From Octopus vulgaris (lineage: Eukaryota), in assembly GCA_951406725.2 (NCBI GenBank), contig OX597819.1, positions 115,568,001 through 115,632,000 of the forward strand: DNA of 64,000 bases. The letters are read 5' to 3'. Below, piece by piece: positions 27,935-42,285 of this stretch (position 1 is its first letter; each line of letters begins with the position of its first letter). Both the position numbers and the translations under genes were made by a program. The notes below the pieces were generated by a model that was given only the letters and a program-made list of their open reading frames with translations, searched no databases and was not told the origin of the DNA.

Positions 27935-28868
27935 AGCAAGGGGACAAACACAGAGAGGACAAACACGGACAAACAAAGGGATTTAAGTCGATTACATCGA
28001 TCTCAGTGCGTAACTGGTACTTAATTTATCGACCCCGAAAGGATGAAAAGTAAAGTCGACCTTGGTGGAATTTGAACTCAGAACACAACAGTAAACGAAA
28101 TACCTATTTCTTTACAGAGAGGACAAACATGGACAGAGAAACGGATTAGGTCGATTATATCGACCCCAGTGCGTAACTGGTACTTAATTTATCGACCCGG
28201 AAAGGATGAAAGGCAAGGTCGACCTCGGCCGAATTTGAACTCAGAATGTAGCGGCAGACGAAATACCTATTTCTTTACTACCCACAAGGGGCTAAATACA
28301 GAGAGGACAAACAAGGACAGACAACCGGATTAAGTCGATTATGTCGACCCCAGTGCGTAACTGGTACTTAATTTATCGACCCGGAAAGGATGAAAGGCAA
28401 GGTCGACCTCGGCCGAATTTGAACTCAGAATGTAGCGGCAGACGAAATACCTATTTCTTTACTATCCACAAGGGGCTAAACACAGAGAGGACAAACAAGG
28501 ACAGACAACCGGATTAAGTCGATTATGTCGACCCCAGTGCGTAACTGGTACTTAATTTATCGACCCGGAAAGGATGAAAGGCAAGGTCGACCTCGGCCGA
28601 ATTTGAACTCAGAATGTAGCGGCAGACGAAATACCTATTTCTTTACTACCCACAAGGGGCTAAACACAGAGAGGACAAACAAGGACAGACAACCGGATTA
28701 AGTCGATTATGTCGACCCCAGTGCGTAACTGGTACTTAATTTATCGACCCCGAAAGGATGAAAGGCAAAGTCGACCTCGGCGGATTTTGAACTCAGAACA
28801 TAACGGCAGACGAAATACCGCTAAGCATTTCGCCCGGCGTGCTAACATTTCTGCCAGCTCGCCGCCTT
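27935..28868 (-). repeat. Tandem multimer of SINE family A, about 5 units, 184-bp period
   Basis: GAAATACCTATTTCTTTA recurs at 28097, 28260, 28444 and 28628; only the rightmost unit has the 5' head. Confidence 0.9.
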
Positions 28869-28932
28869 CTTACCACACAGCCACACCCATGAAAGTTTAT
28901 GTGTCATTCCTACAGGCATTGGTGCAACATCC

Positions 28933-28967
<35 letters not shown>

Positions 28968-29302
28968 TCGGTGCGTGCGCTCATATTTAGATATGTCCAA
29001 TCCCTGTAATAATTTATATCAACATTTGACCATAACACTATACGATACTTCTGCTTTGCAGCTTATTACACCAGCAGAGCTGGTTGTTTTCTTCCTGTTT
29101 ATATTAGACATTGATTTGTTACATTAAAATGGCACGCGTTCTATTTACAGCACATCCAACACTAGAGGTAACTGTACAAAATCATTTAAACTGCTGTTAG
29201 CATAAATCAATGGAAAATTTTTCGACGCATCGATTAATAATATATTTGATAAGTATGTAAAAGCATGTTTGTTTACATATGTTCTACAACACGAATGTAT
29301 TG

Positions 29303-29398
<96 letters not shown>

Positions 29399-30714
29399 AT
29401 TTACTGCTTAATACTAGTGTAATTACTGATAAGTTTAGCTCTTTTTCGAATTCGGGTGAAGGTGCATTCTGCTTATTAAAGGAAAATTAGAACACACAGT
29501 CGCACGCACAGGCACACTCCCATAAACATATGTACGTGTGTATGTAATTGATTATGCTGTCACTTCTACAAACACTGACCAATAAAATATGTAGCTTAGA
29601 CAAATACAAGTTCTACTGTTAGTATAGTTGACTAAACTCATGAAGGTGTTACTCAACAACGTCTGCAGCCCAATGTCTAAAACTTGTCATGAAATAAAAA
29701 TACTTTCACGACCCACACTCTCTCTCTCTCTCTCTCACACATACATACACACACGCTTGCTCGCAAGCGCAATTCTCCCGTCATCCTTCAATAAAGCTTT
29801 TTTTAATTTTTCCATCATCTTTCACTAGAGCCTTTTTAAAATTCTTCCATCATCCTTCACAAGACGTTTTTTTTTAATTCTCCCACCATCCTTCACTAGA
29901 GGTTTCCTTCGTATATAAGCCTAATCATCGTAAAAGTGGTTAGTATCTGATGGAGTAAGGCGGTGAGCTGGCAGAAACGTTAGCACGCCGGGCGAAATGC
30001 TTAGTGGTATTTCGTTTGCCGCTACGTTCTGAGTTCAAATTCCGCCGTGGTCGACTTTGCCTTTCATCCTTTCGGGGTCGATAAATTAAGTACCAGTTAC
30101 GCACTGGGATCGATATAATCGACTTAATCCGTTTGTCTGTCCTTGTTTGTCCTCTCTGTGCTTAGCCCCTTGTAGGTAGTAAAGAAATAAATATCTGATG
30201 GAGTAGCCAACAACTAACGTAACGAAGCCAAAAATTTCCTTCCTTTCTTTTCTTTTCTCTTACATGTCTTCAAACGTTATTAATTATCAATTTCTTTATT
30301 CCTGATGAAAGGGACACCTCAATGGCATTCTAAAGGATTCATACCTGCTGACTAATCGACTCCAGAAACGGCTACCGAATTGCTTCATATAAAACATTTC
30401 TTCGGAACTCTTCTAAACTGTTAAATCCATAATTAGGATTTCCAACTACTACCGATGTATTTTATAACTTTTAATCCTTATTTCAACGTCTTTTAACGTT
30501 AAATTTAAATTTAAAATGATTTTTAATCGAAATATTAACTTTATTTATTTACGCTTTTCATGTTCATTTTTACCTCATATAAACTAAATGATATATAAAA
30601 TTGTTCCTTGTCTTGTTATATTATATCTATGTAGGTACTTATGTATTTATTATGTTGATGTAAATAAAAAATAAAAAATAATTATCTAAATTTTTGTCTC
30701 TTCTTATACCAAGT

Positions 30715-30779
<65 letters not shown>

Positions 30780-30876
30780 GAGGGAATATTATTCCAAACT
30801 TATAGGGAAAAATTCAATTTAGAAATACTAAATAAATTTCATATAATATAATAAATATATATATATAAATTAGAAA

Positions 30877-30918
<42 letters not shown>

Positions 30919-31393
30919 AAAGGAGGAAAACGCAAACAATTTACATAGTTTTAATATGTTTTAAAATATATTTTATAAGTGAAACAGTATTGTGTTTGTC
31001 GACTGGTTTCGCTTTCGCTAATCATGTCATTTAGATTATTGTAATTTCGTATTTTCTTGCGAAGATGTAAGTCCATGTCGTGTAATGGGAATTTGTGAAT
31101 GAAATAACAAGTAGAAAAATCTAAGGGGAGGTAATTAATTGGTGGTTGTTATTATTTTGGACAGGGGAGGTAATTGCTCATTTCTTTCTAAATGATATAT
31201 AAATATGTTCCTTGTCTTGTAATTTTATATTATATCTCTGTATGTATTTATGTATTTATTATGTTGATGTAAATAAAACAAAAATTATTATCAAAATTTT
31301 TGTCTCTTATACCAAGTTATATAATATATATATATGTATATATATACATATATTTATGTATATACATATATGTATGCAGTATGTTTGCATACT

Positions 31394-31444
<51 letters not shown>

Positions 31445-32106
31445 TCCTCGGAAACACAAGTGAAGTTGATTTTAATTGTGAACCTCTCTTCTTGTTTGAA
31501 TAGATACATATATGAAAACGCTTGAATCAAAGTTCAAGGAGGAAAACGCAAACAATTTACATAGTTTTAATATGTTTTAAAATATATTTCGACACCAGTA
31601 TCCTGATTAGACACTGTGATTCTATGTACATCGTTATCAGAGAAATCGTTGTTATTTCCAACTTTCGCGCATCTGCAAGTGACAAGACCATGGAAGATCG
31701 ATGGCTGTTGATTTATCTCACGTTAGCAATATAAACAATAGTGCTTTTATGCGTCACAGTTCCATATGAGAGGTTCTCTCATAATAACTGCCATAATAGT
31801 CTACGTCCTAATGCAACAACCACTCTTAAGTGGGGATAAATATATTTTTATTTCAAAAAGTTCATGTTTTAGTAAGGTGTCTCAATTTTCGCCCATAGAT
31901 AGCTCCTTTGACACAGAATTTTTGAATCTATAAAATAGTAAAATTATTTCACAAAAGTGTTTTTAAAATGATTCTACGACGTTTTACAGATTCAAGGTAT
32001 TCTCCTTCGGAGGAGCTGTCTATGAATTAGCAGAATGTTTTTATTAAGACATTAAATCTATGAAATAATATCAACATATACATACATACATACATACATA
32101 CATACA

Positions 32107-32735
32107 TGATGGCCGTCCACTCGTGACCGAGGAAGACCATTGCCATCCTTCAGGAACATTGTGCGCTCTAGGACTAACTTATATTTTGCATTTGGGGCTC
32201 CGTTGGTGGCTAATGAGCCCTACTCTTGACAAGCATACACGACTGCAAACATTGCAGACCAAGCTGTTCCTTATGTAGTGCGGTTCTCCGTCTAAGTGCC
32301 ATACTTGTCTGTCCTATATAGTGTCTGTCCTATATAGTGTCTCTCAAAAGTGTCGATCCCCTCCTTAACCTGCTTCCTCCATCTGTGTCGATGACAGACA
32401 TTGTTCTCCCAGTCAGTGTCCTGCATATCACAGGCCTTTAATGAGGACTTGACACAGTCCTTAAATCGCAGCCTTGGTTTCTGCCGGAGTCTCCTTCCAT
32501 TCACAAGTTCTCCATAGATCATCTGCTTAGGAATCCTGCTATCCTTCATTCTAATAAGATGTCCAGTCCAACGTAACCGGTGCTTGTGCACCATCGCCTC
32601 AATACTCAAGATATCAGCTGTCCTCAGGACCTGTGTGTCTGGAATTTTTGAGGTCCAGCCAACATTTAGAATGTGTCTGAGACATCTCTGATGAAAGCGT
32701 ACAAGGACCCTTACCTGACGTTTGTACACAGTCCA
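32107..32735 (-). mobile_element. RTE-clade LINE 3' fragment in (CATA)n
   Basis: FHQRCLRHILNVGW..LRWTGHLIRMKDSRIPKQMIYGEL..RLRFKDCVK. Confidence 0.88.
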
Positions 32736-32970
32736 TACATACATACATACATACATACATACATACATACATACATACATACATACATACATACATGCAT
32801 ACATACATACATACATGCATACATACATACATACATACATACATACATACATACATACATACATACATACATACATACATACATACATACATACATACAT
32901 ACATACATGCATACATACATACATACATACATACATACATACATACATACATACATACATACATACATGC
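32735..32970. repeat. (CATA)n microsatellite, representative of many (CA)n, (TA)n, (AAT)n, (TATC)n and (CTA)n tracts
   Basis: Seen directly; such tracts explain most low-complexity ORFs in the track. Confidence 0.95.
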
Positions 32971-33785
32971 ATATATACATACACAAGCATCTGCAGTGAA
33001 TTTACCTTTTTGTTGAGATCTATTAAGAGCTGAACGAGTTGTTGCCTTGTTTGATAACAAAGATTTGATTTTTTTCTGCCGAGCATAAAAATTCTGTTAT
33101 TTTAGAACTGTGTTTTAATTTCTTGAAATTATCATCTTTTTATGTTTGAAGATCACCAACAACTACCATTTGTTGATTCTGTTTTTCTTCTCTAAGAGGC
33201 AAATTTCAGTTTATTGCAGCTTTTTCTTGCGTGTCTTTCAATATATAATCACTTACTACAAAGAAATGTGTGTGCGTGTGTGTATGTGTGTGTGTATATG
33301 TAATATACGAGATGAACAAGGAGTTGAACGCCTTTGATCACAAGTCTGCCGAATACAGATTAATAGTGGACAAAACAGCATGAGGTGAGGGTCGATAACA
33401 ATCTTGTATGGTGTCGATTGTTGTTACTTCATTCGAGTATTAGGTGGTGGCATATTGTGTTTGGTCTCTGGACAACACTGAATAAAATATTGAACATAAT
33501 ACAGAATATAGGTTTCAACGAATTAATTCACATGACTTATTGATGTTATGTTCATGTACCTTTACGAATACACTCAGAAAAAATCCAGACACATGATCAC
33601 CCTTTTTCTCCACACTCCTCTTTCATATATAATTCATAGGCGTAGGAGTGGCTCTGTGGTAAGTAGCTTGCTTACCAACCACATGGTTCCGTGTTAAGTC
33701 CCACTGCGTGGCACCTTGGGCAAGTGTCTTCTTCTATAGCCTCGCGCTGACCAAAGCCTGGTAGACGGAAACTGAAAGAAGCCCG

Positions 33786-33827
<42 letters not shown>

Positions 33828-33915
33828 ATAAATATTAGGGAATGAATCCAAAATTACAGGTAAAAATAAGATTTAGGGTTAAATCCAATTTTATAGTAAA
33901 ATATTATATAATATA

Positions 33916-34238
33916 ATTCGAGACAAAACCACTATTTTAAAACCAAACAAGGAAAGACTTAATCAATACATAAAATTTTAATATAAATTAAATAAACCGC
34001 CACTACAAATGTTTCATGTCTGCTACCGACAATCTTCAGGTGGATTTTCGATCTTCTAATCAGTATCAAATTTTGACTTCAAAATTTGATACTGATTAGA
34101 AGATCGAAAATCCACCTGAAGATTGTCGGTAGCAGACATGAAACATTTGTAGTGGCGGTTTATTTAATTTATATTAAAATTTTATGTATTGATTAAGTCT
34201 TTCCTTGTTTGGTTTTAAAATAGTGGTTTTGTCTCGAA

Positions 34239-34239
<1 letters not shown>
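33916..34239. repeat. Perfect inverted repeat, 161-bp arms, 2-nt spacer
   Basis: 33916-34076 reads as the reverse complement of 34079-34239; flanked by (TA)n. Confidence 0.95.
34112..34155 (+). ncRNA. Hammerhead ribozyme-like motif inside a perfect palindrome (mirror copy on - strand at 34000-34043)
   Basis: CCAC-CTGAAGA-T-TGTC(GGTAGCA)GACA-T-GAAA-CATTT-GTA-GTGG; stem I CCAC/GTGG, GUA triplet, T-T mismatch at the base of stem II. Confidence 0.62.
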
Positions 34240-34310
<71 letters not shown>

Positions 34311-34910
34311 ATATGTATGTGTGTCTGTGTTTGTCCCCCCAACATCGCTTGACAACCGATGCTGGTGTGTTTACGTTCTCGTAACTTAGCGGTTCGGCAA
34401 GAGAGCCCGATAGAATAAGTACTGGGCTTACAAAGAATAAGTTCTGGGGTAGAATTGCTCGACTACAGGCGGTGCTCCAGCATGGCTGCAGTCAAATGAC
34501 TGAAACAAGTAAAAGAGTAAAAGAAAAGAAAAATACAGGGTATAATTCCATCATTCGAATTATCAGAGTTTCGTGTCCCTGTCGTCGAACAATCCTCAGA
34601 CGGTGGTGCCTGGTGAAAACACATTTATTAACCTGAGGACTAAAATTTTTATGAAGTATTTCCCCCGTTACAAATAATGAATTCTCTTTGACTTTCTTGC
34701 AGTGACCACCAGTTTCCTATTTATTGATTTTTGGGTCTTTATGTATACAGCATAACTCTGTTTTAAATTGTGCAAGAGTGACCTTGATTTAATGAAGCTT
34801 GAGAGTTTGCAAATGTATATCTTGTTTGGAAATTGTTATGCGCATATATACACATGATAGGATAAATTGCCGAGATATACGTAAAATAACAGGCACGTAT
34901 ATAGGCGCAG

Positions 34911-34941
<31 letters not shown>

Positions 34942-34951
34942 TGTATGTATG

Positions 34952-34998
<47 letters not shown>

Positions 34999-35355
34999 TC
35001 ATACATACATACATCTCTCTCGCTCTCTCTCTATCTATCTATAGTGTGTGTATGTGTGCGTATGCGTGTGTGTGTGTATTAAATAAATGAGACAATAAAA
35101 CCAAGGCAATGTGAAACTTCTAGGACATTTATAAAGAGAGAGGTAGTCTTACACCTGTTTCATTAGAGATGATAAGAGAGAGTTAAATTAGGGGAAATGG
35201 TAGAGTTCAATATAAGTTATTTTGGAAAAGGAAGGATATAGGAAGTATAAAGGGAAATAAGAGAATAAAAATAAAAGTAAAAATATATGTAGGATGTTAC
35301 AGTTGCAGTTCCATTATCCAAGGAATGTGCTGTGTAGAATGGGTAGAATGGCTTC

Positions 35356-35432
<77 letters not shown>

Positions 35433-35471
35433 GATCGATCGATCGATCGATCGGTCTGTCTGTCTGTCTAC

Positions 35472-35671
<200 letters not shown>

Positions 35672-35689
35672 TTTCTTTTTTTTTGTTCT

Positions 35690-36390
<701 letters not shown>

Positions 36391-37314
36391 CTTCCTTAAA
36401 AAACGAAGCAAAACAAGAGCCTATATACAAAATGACCGGATTGTCGCTGGTGGGACGTTTCTGGTTGTAGATCTACTCAATCAGGATTGACTTGGAGCTC
36501 AGCAGCAGCAGCAACAACAACAACAACATCAACAACAACGACGACGACAACAACAACAATGAAACACGAACGTGATTGCCAGGTTATTTGAAATAACAAC
36601 CAAATCTCCTTCATCCTACCGTCTTGAAAAAGAAAGGATAGATCCATTACTTTTTAAAAGACATAAACGCGATAGCTATGACTAGAACATCTTCTATTCC
36701 AGAATGGTGCTGATCAAGTAGATCTTTGATCTTCCTGATCAGGTCTACTTTGAGACAAAAGAGTAACAACAGTAACAGCAATAACGAACAAAAGAGGGAA
36801 CCTATGTGTGGTCACCGAATCTGCTAGAAAGTGCAGTGTAATCTCCTTCAAAAGACTCAACCGTATTAATAAAAGATAAATAAGACAATATGGCCCTAGA
36901 TACACTTATACGGATAAAGATAGGATAATTACGGCTGAAAGACACTGATTATGAGTTTGCATGGTCGGAGTGAGTTAGGTCTAAATACAACAAGAATGCC
37001 AGAATGCGCCTGATAATATCATTCTTTGTACATTAACATCGTAAGGAAGACGGTATGATTATGAGAGAAACGCGTTCGGTAATGGATTTTCTTGATCGGG
37101 TCTGATCCGGAGCTAAACAACAACGAATGCCGGAGAAAACATAACCAAAATGTTCAAAGAAACGCATCAGATACAACATTGCCATTGTCGGAATCGTCCA
37201 CCCACACCAACAGCACTCCTCCTCCTCCCCCTCCCCCCACCACCGCCGCCGCCACCCTTCCCTACCCCTCCTCCTCCTCCTCCTCCTCCTCCTCCTCCTC
37301 CTCCTCCTCCTCCA

Positions 37315-37840
37315 AGAAATATGGACTTCACAGAACAAAAAATTGGTACGACCACAAACCTGAAGGCATCGTCGAAAATAGAAATGCAAAGATCCTATGG
37401 GATTTTATGATTCCGTGCGACCATGAGATAGAGAACAGTAAACCAGACATAGTCTTAATTGAGAAAGAAAACAAACTATGCTGGATCATAGATATAGTAT
37501 GCCCAGCTGACAACAAGGTATGCGATAAGGAAGAAAGAAAAGTTGAGAGATATGACAGGTTAGTTTGGGAAGTTAAGCAGTTGTGGTCGATGAAAAAGGT
37601 AGCAGTAGTACCAATAATTATCAGAACCCTGCGAACAGTGAGCAAAAATCTCGAGAAGTACGTGGAACAAATAGGGGCTGCAATAAGGGTGGATCACTTG
37701 CAGAAAACAGCATTGCTTGGAACCGCTCGAATACTCTGGAAGGTGCTCGGAAAATAAGAGGTGTTACCTTAGTTTACTGGTAGTGAACAGCTGACACTGT
37801 AGTACATCTCCAGCGTTAGAAGCTGTGCAAAGGCAATAAT
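37315..37840 (+). mobile_element. R4/Dong-like LINE 3' fragment (RLE domain)
   Basis: WYDHKPE..ILWDF..KPDIVLI..IIDIVCP..LQKTALLGTARIL; ends in AATAAT. Confidence 0.85.
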
Positions 37841-37844
37841 GATG

Positions 37845-38202
37845 GCACTCCGTCGGTTACGACGACGCGTGTTCCAGTTGATCTGATCAACGGAACAGTC
37901 TGCTCGTGAAATTAGCGTGCAAGTGGCTGAGCACTCCACAGACACGTGTACCCATAACATAATTCTCGGCGAGATTCAGCGTGACGCAGAGTGTGACAAG
38001 GCCGGCTCCTTTGAAATACTGATACAACAGAAACAAGAAGAAAGTGTAAGAGAAAGTTGTGGTGAAAGAGTAAAGCAGGGTTCACAACCAACCCCTGCCG
38101 GAGCCACGATCAATAAACACTCACAACGCTCGGTCTGGGAATCGAAACCGCGATCCTACGACCGCGAGTCCGCTGCCCTAACCTCTGGGCCATTGCGCCT
38201 CT
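37845..38202 (-). mobile_element. tRNA-derived SINE family C
   Basis: Head GGCGCAATGGCCCAG..GGTTAGGGCAGCGGACTCGCGGTCG..GGTTTCGATTCCC; related copies at 53480-53770 (+) and 55470-55770 (-), and a more distant one at 56395-56700 (+). Confidence 0.75.
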
Positions 38203-38208
38203 AAAGGC

Positions 38209-38261
<53 letters not shown>

Positions 38262-38741
38262 TAATAATAATAATAATAATAATAAATATTGGATACAGCA
38301 CACACACACACAGACACACAGACACGCTGTTATATCCGGTCTAATGTGTTCATGCGTGTGGGTGTGTATGTACAAATATCGACTTAATAATGAAAGGTTG
38401 AGAAAATGAAATAAAGCAATAAAATGAGAAAAGGAACGGAGAGAGAAAAGAGAGAAAGAGAACCAGAGAAAGAGAGGGAGACTCTTGTTTTCTTAAGCAG
38501 TGAACAGACACCATATGTTACAATTCTCCAAATTGAAGACATGACAAGGTATTTTAGTTCACAGTTACTTTCTTTAAGGACAACAACAGGATTTTAAGGT
38601 TGTATGTAACAAGACCGGACCACAAAAGTCTATCAGTCGCTAACAGCAATAATATTAATTACAACATCGACAACGACGCGCAAGACAACATCGGCAGATG
38701 TAAGTTCAATATCTTGATATCTATAATAGTTTAGAGTGTAA

Positions 38742-39140
38742 TCTTTATATATAAAAGTGAAGTTGTGTGTCTGTCTCCTACGATTTAGATTCCTAACTAC
38801 TCCCACATTTTGCCGTGCAGTTTAACCAAAACCGGGTATCTTATAGTCGTGATTCATATCGAGCCCTTCTGGGTATTAGCGCGCGTCTACAATGAGTGTA
38901 CGATTTAAAAAAAAATTTACCATCATTTTTTTCCATTTTAATGCATTTTTTTCGCTATTATATAAGGGAAGTAACTCTCTAAAAATGTCTACGATAAGTC
39001 AACGATTTAAAAAAAAATTTACCATAATTTTTTTTCCATTTTTAATGCATTATTTTGCTATTTTTTGGCTATAACTCTCTAAAAATGCTTATATAGTTAT
39101 TTCCCTTACAAACCCGAGCAACGCCGGGCGATACTGCCGG
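38742..39140 (+). mobile_element. Non-autonomous Helitron-like element
   Basis: A|TC 5' end, 3' hairpin CCCGAGCAACGCCGGG, terminal CTAG decayed to CCGG; inverted copy at 41087-41483. Confidence 0.75.
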
Positions 39141-39509
39141 TTGTTTAATGAACTTTAATATGAGGCGTGACTGTGTGGTAAGAAGCTGGCTTCCCAACCA
39201 CATGGTTCCTGGTTTTAGTCCCACTGAATGGCACCTTGGGCAAGTGGACCTATAACAGTTTCGGGCTGACGAAAGCCTTGTGAGTGGATTTGGCAAAAGG
39301 AAACTGAAAGAAGCATGTCGCAGGTGTGCGTATGTTTGCTTACGTGTTTGTGTGTGTGCGTGTGCATGTGTTTGTGTCTGTGCATATCCCCACCCCACCG
39401 CTGGACAACCGGTGTTGGTGTGTTTACGTCCCCATAATTTAGCGGTTCGGCAAAAGTGAACGATAGAATAAGAACCAGGCTTTAAAAAAAGGAGGAAAAA
39501 GTACTCCGA

Positions 39510-39657
39510 TTACATTATTTACATTATTTACATTCGACGGATATTTGTCCTCATCTTTGTTGTTAACACAACGTTTCGGTTGATATACCCTCCAGCCTTC
39601 TTCAGGTGTCTTGGGGAAATTTCGAACCTGGGTTCTCATTCCTAAGGTATTTTTCGA

Positions 39658-39705
<48 letters not shown>

Positions 39706-39985
39706 CATTATTATTGTTGTTGTTCAGCGCGGGCTACAAACCCCAAGATTCTGAGTTCGATTCCAAGCAGTGACTTGAACAATAACAACAACAACCACAG
39801 CAACAACAACATCGAAAAATACCTTAGGAATGAGAACCCAGGTTCGAAATTTCTCCAAGATACCTGAAGAAGGTTGGAGGGTATATCAGCCAAAACGTTG
39901 TGTTAACAACAAACAAGATGAGGACAAATATCCGTCGAATGTAAATAATGTACATAATTCCTCATCTCTTAAATATAGAACTGTA
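39510..39985. mobile_element. Foldback tRNA-head/(AAT)n/hammerhead element, copy 2 (centre partly deleted), inserted in a SINE
   Basis: Inverted tails at 39510-39660 (-) and 39805-39985 (+); partial head 39727-39777. Confidence 0.78.
39565..39610 (-). ncRNA. Minimal type I hammerhead ribozyme motif
   Basis: GACAC-CTGAAGA-A-GGCTG..CAACC-GAAA-CGTT-GTGTT; core intact, one stem II mismatch. Confidence 0.62.
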
Positions 39986-40139
39986 CATAGATTAGTTTAA
40001 CTTAAAATCTTCTAGGCCGTGCTCCAGCATGGCCGCAGTATACTGACTGAAACAAGATAAATATATCTAAATTTTCGTCTACATACATACGTACGTACAT
40101 ACATACATACATACATACATACATACATACCTACATACA

Positions 40140-40172
<33 letters not shown>

Positions 40173-40237
40173 TCACGCTTATATAACCGATTCATACGTA
40201 CACACTCATGTATACATACATACTTACATACATCGAT

Positions 40238-40822
40238 TTTTCTACTCTAGGCACAAGGCCAAATTTTTTGGGAGGGGGCCAGTCGATTAGATCGACCCCA
40301 GTACGCAACTGGTACTTAATTTATCGACCCCGAGAGGATGGAAGGCAAAGTCGACCTCGGCGGAATTTGAACTCAGAACGTAGCGGCAGATGGAATATCT
40401 ATTTCTATTTCTTTACTACCCACAAGGGGCTAAACACAAAGAGGACAAACAAGCACAGACAAACGGATTAAGTCGATTATGTCGACCCCAGTGCGTAACT
40501 GGTACTTATTTAATCGACCCCGAAAGGATGAAAGGCAAAATGGACCTCGGCGGAATTTGAACTCAGAATGTAGCGGCAGACGAAATACCTGTTTCTTTAT
40601 TACCCACAAGGGATTAAACATAGAGGGGACAAACAAGGACAGATAAACGGATTAAGTCGATTATATCGACCCCTGTGCGTAACTGGTACTTAATTTATCG
40701 ACCCCGAAAGGATGAAAGGCAAAGTCGACTTCGGCGGAATTTGAACTCAGAACGTATCGACGGGCGAAATACGGCTACGCATTTCGCCCGGCGTGCTAAC
40801 GGTTCTGCCAGCTCGCCGCCTT
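40238..40822 (-). repeat. Tandem trimer of SINE family A
   Basis: Three core units behind a single head at about 40760-40822. Confidence 0.85.
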
Positions 40823-41086
40823 ACCTACATACATTGATACCTATATACATGCATATGAAGTACTCAAATACATACATACATACATACATACATACACACA
40901 CACATACATACATACATACATACATACATACACACATACATACATACATACATACATACATACATACATACATACATGCATACATACATATATATATACA
41001 GACACACGTACGTAGATGGATTCGTACGTGCATATATGCACACATACTTAAGTGGAAACATAAATTATTACATTCTTATACACACA

Positions 41087-41483
41087 CTAGCAGTATCGCC
41101 CGGCGTTGCTCGGGTTTGTAAGGGAAATAACTATATAAGCATTTTTAGAGAGTTATAGCCAAAAAATAGCAAAAAATGCATTAAAAATGGAAAAAAATGA
41201 TGGTAATTTTTTTTTTAAATCGTTGACTCATCGTAGACATTTTTAGAGAGTTACTTTCCTTATATAATAGCGAAAAAAATGCATTAAAATGGAAAAAAAT
41301 GATGGTAAATTTTTTTTTTAAATCGTAGACTCATCGTAGATGCGCACTAATACCCAGAAGGGCTCGATATGAATCACGTCTATAAGATATCCGGTTTTGG
41401 TTAAACTGCACCGCAAAATGTGGGAGTAGTTAGGAATCTAAATCGTAGGAGACAGCACACAACCTCTCTTTTATATATAAAGA
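41087..41483 (-). mobile_element. Non-autonomous Helitron-like element (same family)
   Basis: On the minus strand: A|TC start, GC hairpin, CTAG|T end, no TSD. Confidence 0.82.
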
Positions 41484-41849
41484 TATGCATGCAAACATAG
41501 AAATAACCATACGTATGTACATACACGCTTATTGTGAACCATTTAGGTTGACAACCATAGTCTCTCTTTCCCGTATCCATTGACACATCGATTCCATCCA
41601 TTCATTCATTCATACGCACAGGTATATATTTACAAACATACATATGTACATACGTTCATATATGCATAAATATCTGTACACACATTAATACATATCTACA
41701 TGAACATGGAAGGTACTATGTATGAAAATACACTAAAGAAGTCTTATGATGTTATCAGACTCATATATGTAAATTTGGTGAAAGGATGCACTTCGACACT
41801 TGGTGGCTAAAAGATGTTGCTAAATGGATATGATACGAGATTCAAAGGT

Positions 41850-42285
41850 AGTTTGGATCGATGTTAAGTCTCTGTCGTCTTGTTTTCATTTTAGGTAGAA
41901 GTGGTCTACGTCACTGTTGATGTGGAAATTATGTGTGCTTGTTAGTATATTCCGGGTTTTCACATCAATGGCTCAGATCTCATCAAGCGTCCAATCAAGT
42001 AACCCAAATGTTGGTATGAGTACTGGCATTGCAAACACATTGTGGGTCACTGTATTATTGAATCCAAATTTTCTTTATTCGGCTGTAATATTCTTTAGTG
42101 ACACGTGTTTTGTTACAGGTGCTTCTGTAAAATATGTTTTCATCCACCCCTAGATATCTGTAAAATTCCTCATCAGATAGAGGGGAAACGGTTGAGTCAT
42201 TGATGGAGATGTTCCTAGTCTGATTTACAGCTTTCCCTTTTTTTATAACCATATAGCAACATTTATCCTGACCAAATATAAGTAT
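41850..42285 (-). mobile_element. RLE-LINE RT fragment
   Basis: FGQDKCCYMVIKKGK...YRYLGVDE resembles the equivalent region of the 8220-9596 ORF. Confidence 0.65.

Noticed and set aside
27935-28868. Regular repeat array resembling CRISPR
   Set aside because: Units are whole 184-bp SINE segments with no unique spacers, in a eukaryotic context without cas genes.
37092-37314. Pro/Ser-rich protein fused to an endonuclease
   Set aside because: A (CCT)n tract happens to be in frame with the LINE fragment.
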